DNA of 64,000 nt, from positions 2,433,061 through 2,497,060 of the forward strand of contig MU058423.1 of NCBI GenBank assembly GCA_013265495.1, in the 5' to 3' direction. Below the pieces are notes generated by a model. The model was not told the DNA's origin, ran no database searches, and worked only from the letters and a program-made list of their open reading frames with translations. The stretch is from Vicugna vicugna (Eukaryota). A program made the position numbers and the translations under genes. Of the stretch, positions 53,804-64,000 are shown piece by piece. How positions within the stretch are numbered: the stretch's first letter is position 1; each line of letters starts with the position of its first letter.

Positions 53804-55669
53804 AGTATCTTCAAGTTTGTCGTGTGCTTCTCTTGCAGCCTCTTCTGGCCCTAATGGAGGCCAGAGGCAGGGAGTCGGGAGGAGCTGGGACATTGGGCAT
53901 GAAGAGCAGCAGTCCTACATCCACCACTGGGCCAGAATGTTTGAATGTGAGTGGGAATTCACTGGAGCTGAGAGTCAGAATCTGAGAATTATGGCCCAAA
54001 CACTCCAGACTTTCTAAACTTCAACATAAGGCTATACTCCACATCTTTATCCTCCTTTGTACGTGTCTCCCAGTATATTCCATGGCACCCACCACAGCTG
54101 AGGGCACCACCCTTCACAGGAGCAAAGAGTACTGGGACTGACAGTGGTCAATTTTGATCAGCTGTACCGGCTAATGATCCACAGAAGCACTAAAAAGCAC
54201 AACATGTGGTCCAAGATCTACTTGCCAACCTTCTCTTTTAATCCTTTTGTCCCCTCCTATTAGGTGAGCTAACTTTGAGCCCTTTCCCCATCTTGTCTCT
54301 TTAGTGGCGGAGCATAGAAAATATTGGACTGAAAGTTGACCGTCCACCAATCTGACAAGCTGTTTCACTCTCCGGGTCCCTGTTTTCTCAGAGGTTAAAT
54401 GACAAGTGTGGACTGTCTGTGGCTTCAAATATTTGGCATACATAGCCTTCTTTAACCTCATAACTGTCGGAGACTCCCCTCCCCACATAACAGAGACTAC
54501 TTTCATTGATTTAATCTATAGATAAGGCTTAATGTACCTATGGATTGAGGGCCTTTTGAGGATTCTCAAGATGTTCCCCTAAGTCTCTCTTAGCTGAATT
54601 TGTCCATGACCGTAACACTGTCATGGGCCCTAGAATATCCTATTTTTCCACTACCTGTCATTCCCTCAAGTTCCTGCTCTCAGAAAAATCACCTCTCCTA
54701 GCTGGTAACACTAAACAGGAAAGTAAACATTTTTCCTTACCAAACAGAACAAAGGTGAGACCCTTAGCATCTGACTGTCAACGGCAAAAATTAACCAGAA
54801 AAGTTAATTTGGGGGGATGGAGAGAAGAGATATAGACATATTGCCTTCTGGGGCTTCATGGAGGTGAAACAGTCCTAGAAACAGGGAAACGTTCCAGGAC
54901 CAGAAAAACAAAATGTTTTAGCCACGTGCTTGCTCCTTAGGGTTCCCAGTAAAGACTGAGATGAGATGAGGCTGCCTGGATATCCAAGTGCAGGGGAACC
55001 AGCACAAACTGTGCCATTAGACAGACCTAGGTTTGAATCCTAGACCACCCATGGAAACTTGAGCTTAGAAAGACAACTCACCCAACCTCCTGACAGGCTT
55101 CGCTAATCCTCTATAAAATAGGCATAAAGCCTACTTCACAAAGTTGTTGTTAAGCTTAAATTGGAATAAACTTGCTAACATATATGAAATACCTAGACTA
55201 ATTGCCCAGTATATTGCTTATATATCAGAGTTGTTCAGTAAGTGTTAGTCTCATGTTCCAAGTTAACTCATGACTGGACTGTTGTTATCTTGGGAGAAAT
55301 CCAGGCATTATAGATTCACTTGTCCTTATGCGTTTGTACTTTTTTCCCCTTTCTTCTCTACATGAAACGTCCTTTTAAAAAGTTTCATCTTTGTTCCAGC
55401 CAAACTAAAGGGGAAATGTAATTTTCCAAATCTAGGAGAGGGGGCCTAGGGGCTCCATGTCCTAAATGGCCATGCTGTGGAGGCCAGGCCAGAAATCTAC
55501 CAAGTACTGCAGACTCCTCCCCCATCCCCCTCCGCGCACACACCGAAGATAGAGATTCCCTGGTGGTCAGTCTCAGTAGATCCCAGTGCTGTTCACCTCC
55601 CCCAAATCCCCTCACCCACGATCCATAAATATATATGCCTGAATCCCACTTTTCTCACCACCTGGGCTG

Positions 55670-56460
55670 TTAGCGCTCGCCCCACCCTAATTGGCACTAT
55701 TAACAAACAGTGCGGCTTCACGTGTGGAGAAGGCAAAGCCCCAGACGCAGGCCTTAGGCTCACCAGCCTCTCTCCTCCCGCCTCGGGGTCGCCCATCCCA
55801 ACCCCAGGGCCTACAGAAGTCGCGCCCGTACCTGCCCAGGCGGACACGCAGAAGGAGCCACGAGGACGTGGGGGCGGAGTCAGGAGCACACGTTGGCCCC
55901 GCCTACTTACGTTGGTTATAAAGCTCTGCCCGTGGGGGTTGTATTGCCAGTTCTCGCCGGGACCCAAGCGACGTAGTCATGTCGTCGTGCAAGTCGGCTG
56001 TGGTTTTGGGTTACTGGGATATTCGCGGGGTGAGTGAGGTCCCAACCGTTGAGCCGCCTGTCGGGAGACGGCCGCGGAGGTGGTCGAGGCCCATGGTCAG
56101 CGGTCTCAGAGAAGCGGCGCCATTCGGGACCCAAGCCTCTTTCGCCGCGATGCGCTACGCTGTGCGGCCGGCCCCAACCAAGTTAGCTCCCGAGAGACGG
56201 AGGCCGACCCCTGCCCCGCCTCTGGGATCGCAGGGCACGCGGGCAGCAAGCCTCCGGTCGGTCTCGGGGGCCGCTTAACGACCGCTTAGATGGGCAGGAT
56301 GCAGCCCTGGGCCGGAGTGGGGCGGGGAGGTTGGCGGGACCCCAAGCTGGCTCATGCAATCCGCATGCTCTTGGAGTTCACGGATACATCTTATGAAGAG
56401 AAACGTTACACGTGCGGGGAAGGTAATGCCGCTCTGGCTGCCCGTGCGACGCCGAGCTAA
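55670..56460 (+). promoter_or_regulatory. CpG-rich GSTM3 promoter/first intron with GC boxes (GGGGCGGAGT 55871-55880; CCCCGCC ~55897-55903) and TATAAA at 55917-55922
   Basis: Visible CpG enrichment relative to flanks; TATA box 62 nt upstream of the ATG. Confidence 0.8.
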
Positions 56461-58826
56461 GCCAGGCAGGCCCTCCAACTGACCCTATCTTTTGTGCCCT
56501 GAGGGTGGCGTCACCCTGGTCTGGTGGGACTTTTGCCACAGTCACCTGGGAGCTCACTGCTGTGTCCTGTGTGTCAGCATCCTTTACTGGAGATGGGGAT
56601 TCTCCCTCTGCCGTAGCCCAACCCTGTCTTAATACTTAATGGATAATGGTTAAGCTTTTAGGGCCTGGGTATGTGAGGTATTGGAATTAGGTTGTGTCTT
56701 CATACCTTTTCACTCTCCTCGGGTGGGATATTAAGGAGGTTGGACCTCATTTCATTCTTTCTTACAGCTCCTGACTATGATAAAAGCCAGTGGCTGGATG
56801 TGAAATTCAAACTAGACCTGGACTTTCCTAACGTAAGTGGCTTTAGGAGAAGAGGGGGCGGAAGGGAAGGCCTTCAAGTATATCCTTGCTTCTTTTCTCT
56901 CTACTCTTGGTGGAAATCTAGAAAAGGGGCTCTTAACCTGAGTAGAATGGATAGAATTCAGGAGTCCTTGAACTTGGATGGAGAAAAAAATGACATTTTC
57001 ATTTCCACCAACTGCTAACTAAAAGTTAATGGTTCCTTCTGCTGTGAATATAGGCAGTAAGTGACATTGATTATTAGCCATACCTATGACTTTGTCACTA
57101 GTAGAAATTGGATATTTTCCTATTGTATTACATGTGTTGCAGATACTATAAATGTTATTTACATTTATCATACTTTGAAATTATGGAAGTTATTACATCT
57201 TGTTATTTAATGTATTCATAGTCATTTATTATGCTTACAATTTTGTTCCTTTAATGTTTTATAGGTTGTGTAAAGATATGTAACTTGCTTTATGCATTTA
57301 GAAACTTTATGCTGAGAAAGAGTCCTTAGCATGCACATACCCATACACACATGCAGATTAAGCACCCCTGTCTAGAATTAGGTGGGGATTCAGTTGCTAC
57401 CTTCTGCTTATTTTCTTCTTTCTCCTAACACAGCATCTTTTCTCTACTGTTCACTTCCCTACAAGTCTTGTCTTCCCCTGGAGAGAGAGGCAGGGAGGCA
57501 AGAGAGAGCCAAGTGGTTTTCTCTCCTTTTCTTGTCCTTTTCCTTCCAGCTGCCCTATCTCATGGATGGAAAGAACAAGATCACCCAGAGCAATGCCATC
57601 TTGCGCTACATTGCTCGCAAGTACAATATGTGTGAGTGGGGGTGGGGCTGGTGAGGTGAGGGCTGCTCACCTGGGAGTGGGTAATGCCAAGGGTGATTTC
57701 TTGTCCTTTGGCCTATAGGTGGTGATACTGAAGAAGAAAAGATTCGAGTGGACATCATGGAGAACCAAATAATGGATTTTCGCATGCAGCTGGCACGAAT
57801 CTGCTACAGCCCTGACCATGTCAGTTTCCTTAGCAGGAAGGCATCAAGAAAAAGGAACATTTAGGGACCTAACTATTAATTCTGCTCCATTCTGCTGCTG
57901 CTCCCTTCCCACCAAGTGTGTCAGAATAGGAAACAAAACTCTTATTTGGGGGGGATTTGTTTGTCATATAACCTTGGTGTTAGCCCCTTTTCCTTTCCAA
58001 ACCCCTCTTTTCTATCCTGCCACCCCTACCTGAATCAGTGAGAGGAAAGCACCTAGAGAAGGGGCCACTAAGTGTCTATCACTAACCCATGCCCTGATTC
58101 ACGTGTAGATGCTGGCAGCTGTTCTCACTTTCTTTTTTACCTCTCTCCCAGGAAAAACTGAAGCCTTCATACTTGGAACAGCTTCCTGGACAACTGAAAC
58201 AATTCTCCTTGTTCCTGGGGAAATACTCATGGTTTGCAGGGGAAAAGGTAGGAAGAAAGGGAAGGGAGGGGAATCCCTTTTTATCTCTGCAGGTGTTAAT
58301 GAACTCCCCCCACCTGACCATCTTCTTGTCCCTCTAGCTCACCTTTGTGGATTTCCTCACCTATGATGTCTTAGATCAGAACCGTATCTTTGAGCCCAGG
58401 TGCCTGGATGAATTTCCAAATCTGAAGGCTTTCATGTGCCGTTTTGAGGTGATGCTCCCTGCACCTTGGTCTTACAAAAGGGGACCCCACTGTGGTAGAT
58501 TCTTGCCCAATACTAGCTTTTGCCTAAAGGGATCAATAATTGGGCACCTCTAAACCTTGATGTCCTGGGAAGGTCCTGTCTTCTATACCCTGAAGGCACT
58601 GTCTACAAGAAATGGCGAAGATGGGGGGTATGGGGGGGGTCAGGCAGCATGTGAGTGTGGCTGTTTTGTAATGTGTCTGTTGGACTGGGTTAGAGTCTTT
58701 ATATGGTTTGGTGTGCTTTCCCTTCAGGCTTTGGAAAAAATAGCTGCCTACATGCAGTCTGACCGCTTCCTCAAGATGCCCATCAACAACAAGATGGCCC
58801 AGTGGGGCAACAAGAGAATATGCTGA
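55979..58826 (+). CDS. GSTM3: Glutathione S-transferase Mu 3; 8 coding exons, 226 aa
   Basis: Exons 55979-56029, 56347-56422, 56768-56832, 57550-57631, 57719-57819, 58152-58247, 58338-58448, 58728-58826; internal sizes 76/65/82/101/96/111 are the canonical Mu-class exon sizes. Translation [93 protein letters not shown]...MPINNKMAQWGNKRIC. The N-terminal extension, C-terminal Cys and position next to EPS8L3 identify the M3 type. Confidence 0.96.
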
Positions 58827-58904
58827 GCAGGAGGCCGACTTGCACTGCTTGTTTTTGTTCCATCCTGTCCCTAGGGGACCTGTACTCTCTCCTCTGCTCT
58901 TTTC

Positions 58905-58910
58905 AATAAA
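58905..58910 (+). promoter_or_regulatory. Polyadenylation signal of GSTM3
   Basis: AATAAA ~80 nt downstream of the TGA stop. Confidence 0.75.
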
Positions 58911-59189
58911 TAGCACTTAGGCTACTGGTGTCCAGCTGGATTTCTGTTGGGAGTAAAGGCTAAAGGAGAATAAGGACATATGAATTCAATCACTGCAGTA
59001 CTGATATTTCCCCATCCCACAGCTGGGTTCAAGGGTTAGAGGTTCTCGCCCAGCCCTGGAGAATGAGCACTAGAAGTAGAGGTGAGATTGCACAGCTGTA
59101 GAGAACGGGTGTGTTAAATGAGACTGGAGCCCCTGTGAAGACCTGGTGAAGATAAGCAAGTGAAACGGTGTGGTACTGTGGATGTAATA

Positions 59190-60080
59190 GAACTGGAGTT
59201 CAGAAACAGATTCTTATATATGTGGGAATTTAGTGTGATAACGACATTTCAAACTGGTGGACTAACAGTAAACAGGATTGGGATAATTACTTAGCAATTA
59301 AAAATAGATCCCTACCTCATACCATTCATTGAAATTAATTCATCTAGAGTTTAAGGCCCAATTTTTTAATTTTTTGTTTTTTCATTTTTTAATTGAAGTA
59401 TAGTCGATTTAAACATTGTGTTAATTACAGCAAAGTAATTCATTTATATACTTTTTCAAGTTCTTTTCCATTATAATTACCAGATATTGAATATAATTCC
59501 ATGTGTTATACAGTAGGTCCTTGTTCATTTTATTAAGGCCCAATGTTAAACACAAAGCCATATAAGTATTAGTGAAAATGTAAGACTGTAATCGTAAGGT
59601 AGGAAAAGTTTCAGACATTTTAAAAAGCTATAAAAGGAAAGATTTATAAATTGAACTATCAAATTCTAAAAATTTTATATGACAAGGGACAATTAAGCAA
59701 AATTAAGTATCAAGTGTGATAAAGGACCAGTACAGAGACTATATAAAGAACACTTGTAAACTATTAAGGCAATTCAGTTTTTTTTTAATGGACAAAAAAA
59801 CCTATGAACAAATGATTTTTGGAAATAGAAATATTAATGGTCAAAAGAAAAAAGATGTTTATAGTCCAAAAAAATGAAAATTATACCATAATTTGCTGCA
59901 GTAAGAGGTCATTTTTCCATCTATCAGACGAACAAATTTAAAGTTTATGAAGTGTTGGCAAAGCTTGGGAAAGTGATAAGGGTTTCTTGATGGTGAACTT
60001 ATGAATTGGTATAGCTACTTTGGAGGACGATTTGTTAACATTGTCTAAAATTCAAATTACATCTTGCGACCCAGCAATGA
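59190..60080 (+). mobile_element. Old L1 fragment with a nested antisense L1 3' stub (59363-59532)
   Basis: L1-like aaaatagatccctacctcatacca... The stub is flanked by a 12-bp TSD TTAAGGCCCAAT (59351-59362 / 59533-59544). Confidence 0.7.
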
Positions 60081-63000
60081 TGAGCTTGCTTCCTCGAACC
60101 CAGTTGAGGGAGAGAGTCTCCTGGAAAGAAGGACACTATAGTCCTATGTAATATAATCATGGAAATGACATCCCATCCTCTTTGCTGTATTTTGACAGCA
60201 GCAAGTCACAAGTCCTGCCCACACTCAAGGCAAGAGGATTTCACAAGAGCGTGAGTACCAGAAGGTGGGATTATGGGGGCCATTTTAGAGTCTGTTCACC
60301 TCAGGGAAGAGGCAAGGAAATGAGAAATAGGCCCTGCAGTCCTCTGAGAAAAGAATCCGGGGATAGACAGATGACACCATGGCAACTGGAAGGGAGAAGT
60401 TTAAAAAGCAGAGGTCTGTACTTCACATGAATTCCAGATAAATTATAGAAAAATCATGTTCCAACTTTTTCTATTTTTATGTTTGTTAGAGAAAATCCAT
60501 ATAGCAGTTAACCTAAAACCGAGAAAGCAGTGAAGGCCACTGAGGAACAGATCAATTCCACAGGAGATGTGGCTCCCCGGGTCCCAACTGCCCCTGACTC
60601 TAAGATGGGTGGAAGAGAACGTTGACACAAGGGTTACCTTCAAGCAAAGGAGGGACGTGGATGCCCTATCATCCCAGAGACACAAAGGCTTCACAGATGT
60701 TGAGAAACTAGTATACTAGATGGTTTTGGGCGAGTAACATCAGTAAGGTGCTAACAAAACAAAAAATCTGTGATAGGTGCATTCAATTTGGTGGAGCAGT
60801 TCCCCAAAAAGTATTAGGGAAACTCAACTGCATTCATTGTTGAAGGCTGAACAACTGGATTAAGGCATTTCTGCATCAGGAGGTTCAGAACTTCCGTGAT
60901 TCAAGAAAAATATGTTGTAGAGTTATTTCATTGATGGGATGGGTGAAGTAGGGGACCCTGATGCGTTTAGGATATGGGTCTGCCTTTAAAGCCAGTTTAA
61001 GGGCTTATGAAACACGTGGGTCATACAGAGAGTTCACATTCCTTATCCTTCCATAATGAGCCACACGGATACTGAAGGATTTAGGGAGTTCAGTTGGATG
61101 GTACGGGAGAGGGAAGGAAGTGACATTTAGCCAGTGATTTATCTACTGTGTAAGTTTGTTCATGTCACTCCCCTGCTTAAATATGATTAATGGCTTCTTA
61201 GACCTCAAGAAAAAGACAATCTCCTCCAAATCCTTCATAATCTGACCTCCGTTTCCTTTCCAGCTGCATCTCTTGACAGGTTCCCCACCCCCTGCCATCC
61301 CTTGCCCTGGAGCATTGGGTTCCAGCCTTTCTGAATTCCCTACTCTAGAGTCAGGCTGCTTAGTGAATGATCCTGGCTCTGCCACAGTCAACTCCAGTCT
61401 TCTGTGCCTCCATGCCTTCTCTGACAAATGAACACCCTCTCACTGCGACCTCATGAGGAGTAAGCCAGTATTTCTCCAGCACTTTAAACAGACCAATGTT
61501 ATATAAATTTATAAGCATAAATTATCGAAAAGCACCATGTTCTCTTTTACCTTCATGCTTTCAGACTTTCTGTTTCCTCTGCCTGGAATGCTTTTGCCTC
61601 AACCAGCTAAGCTGTCTAATGCATGCTCATCTCCTCAGGTAAGCTGAGCTGTCCCTACCTGCAGATGGTCACAACAGATAACCCCTGTGGAAACAGTGAT
61701 GCTCACCAAAGCTTTCTGATTGTTTTCCTTTTGGGAAAGCTTCACTCCCCTTGTGAACTTACATGTAGCCTTCTGACTTGCTTTGGCCAATTAATGCAAC
61801 TAGAAATTACACATGTTTTCCAAACAGAAGCTTTAAGAGCCAGTGTGGGAGTAGCCATATCTACTTTGGACTGCTGTCATGACACAGAGCAGGTGCCAAG
61901 TGGAAGTTTGCATCAGACCACGAAAACCAGGGCCTGTTGACCACGGCAGACATGAAGCATGTGTAAGAAATAAATGTGCATTAAGCCACTGAGGTTTGGT
62001 TTATCCCAACAGACACTCCTCCACCTCCCCCTTGCTAATTGAAATGCACTGATTTTAAACCTCTGTTCCTATAGGATTCCATGTTTTCCTCCATCAGCAC
62101 TTACAACACTGAACTCTAATTACTTGTTTAAATGTCTGTCTCTGCCACTAAACTATACATTGCCTGAGAGCAGGGACTGTCTTAAACCAATGTTTATATT
62201 TAGAGCTTGTTTGTGTACGTCTGAATTTCCAGTAAATAGGTGCTGCTGTGGGAAGGACACTTGGAGGCAGACGGCCAGTGTGAGGTTACTGTCATTAGAA
62301 GGGGTGTTTACAGTGGTGCAGAGGGATGGGAATAGAACAAACAGGATAATGTTCATGGTGTGAGAGGAGTTTGAAGGAAAATTAGAATAGGTCTGTATTT
62401 TATCCTCTGTGGTGTAGTGTTTCCAATTGTACTAACAGATAATCTTTTTGTATTGTGATTGAAACCCTATCTGCTTCCTTCCAAAATTGTGTTTCACATG
62501 GGAAGGGAAGTAGAATATGTAGGAAATGCAGAGTGGCTGTTGGGCCTTTTGGACAGGACTATGCTTTACCTGGGGACTGTGGGGCTACCCGACCAAGAGG
62601 AGTCTGTTGGGAAAAGCCAGATCTGATTAAGTAGGAATATGACAGTGGGCATGTTCAGGAAGACTTGTTTTGGAATCTACCAGGACTGGACCCTCTTCTC
62701 TGCTTTCAAGTCTTGAGTTACCACATAGGGCAGGCTGGTCTCTGTGTCTGTCATAATCAAGTGGTAGGCTAATAAAGTGGGATGACAGTGAACCTGAGAA
62801 TAGGGTCACTAGAGACGTGGAGACAAGAACCGATCCAGGAAGTAACTTTAGCTACTAGATATCAATGTTTGTAGATATCAATGTTTAGTATAAAAGCCTT
62901 ATTACGCAGGACCTCTTTAGAATCCTCTGACCAAAGAAGGAAATCCTGTAAGCATTGTAGATAAATGCAAAATAGCTTATGTGCAAATCTGAGTACAGGC

Positions 63001-63709
63001 TGTTTTCTATTACATTTTAGAGCTCACCTAATTTTCCCCCTTTCCCACCTCCCATTCCCTTACTATTTCACGTAGGGTCAATTGGGAGTCCCTGACATTA
63101 TGCTTTTTGTCTGTCATTTTCAAAATATTAATCTGAATGTTACCCAGAGATGCCAAACTTGGAACTAGATGCAGTAGTTGATGACACTTTGGGTTGTTCC
63201 TGTTTTGGAAGAAAGAAGATAGATGTGTTTTTGTTTGTAGAGGGATAGTTGCATTATGTTAGGCAGGAGCATCTTGTGGTGGTGGCTGTAGTGATGACTG
63301 TTTGGAAATGCACACATGGAAAAGAGTATGTATCTGTTATACATCTATACTCTGCATCTTTTTCTTTAAACAGTTTCCATATTCATTTTTTTTCTGTGAC
63401 ATAAATTTAAAAACTTTTTTTTTACTTGAAGTATGGTTGATTTACATATCCTCTGCATCTTTTTAAATAGCCTTCTTATAGATGGGGAATTTCTCACATT
63501 ATGAGTCCCACCTCCCCAAAGTAGAAGAGTAGAAGAATCCCTACTTCTGCTAGGGATGTTACTTCCCAGTCAAAAGATGTCATTTCAAAAACGATTTCAG
63601 TTCTAGCAATGAAATATAAATAGAAGTGTTATATGTTACTTCCAGGAAGTTTCTGTAAGAGGGAAAGAGCAATCCTCATTCTTCTTTCTCCCTCCTGTTG
63701 TTTACCAGG

Positions 63710-64000
63710 GCCTGTTTTGTGGCCTAATGTGATCTATCCTGGAGAATGTTCCCTGTGCACTGGAGAAGAATGTGTATTCTGCTGCTTTGGGATAGAATGC
63801 TCTATATTTGTCAATTAAGACCATTTAGTAGTATGTTACTTAAAGCCTGTGTTTCCTTATTGAGTCTCTATCTGGATGATCTGTCCATTGATGTAAGTGG
63901 GGTGTTCAAGTCCCATACTGTAATTGTTTCTCCCTTTATTTCTGTTAATATTTGCCTTATATACTGAGGCGCTCCTTTGTTGGGTGCATAAATATTTACA
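63710..64000 (-). mobile_element. L1 ORF2 endonuclease-region fragment, running off the window end
   Basis: tctatcctggagaatgttccctgtgcactggagaagaatgtgtattctgctgc...gatgatctgtccattgatgtaagtggggtgttcaagtccc is the antisense L1 endonuclease region. Confidence 0.85.

Noticed and set aside
62856..62886. Direct repeat TAGATATCAATGTTT x2
   Set aside because: Simple 16-bp tandem duplication with no spacer structure; nothing CRISPR-like anywhere in this eukaryotic window.
58930..64000. A further GSTM paralogue downstream of GSTM3
   Set aside because: No GST-like exons recognised on either strand; the region is mostly L1/L2/LTR remnants.

Overview
Mammalian genomic DNA, most likely a camelid, judged from tRNA-derived Vic-type SINEs and artiodactyl-type L1 3' ends. 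The window holds two intact multi-exon genes on the + strand. EPS8L3 has 18 coding exons at 43389-53509 (about 586-601 aa depending on acceptor choice) and a probable non-coding first exon near 40.55-40.61 kb. GSTM3 has 8 coding exons at 55979-58826 (226 aa) with a CpG-rich TATA promoter. This order matches the conserved CSF1-EPS8L3-GSTM3 neighbourhood. The first ~40 kb is intergenic and contains a disabled processed LDHB pseudogene (~12946-14222) plus many L1, L2, MIR, MaLR/ERV LTR and hAT remnants and microsatellites. Nearly all ORFs in the supplied track are chance frames in GC-rich non-coding DNA. I found no evidence of a new multi-gene system. The most unusual items are small-scale: a TSD-bounded L1 whose middle is replaced by foreign DNA, a micro-L1 with an apparent 3' transduction, an orphan 50-bp retro-insert, and anomalous splice acceptors in EPS8L3 and GSTM3. 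Repeat family names and boundaries are by-eye recognition and approximate.
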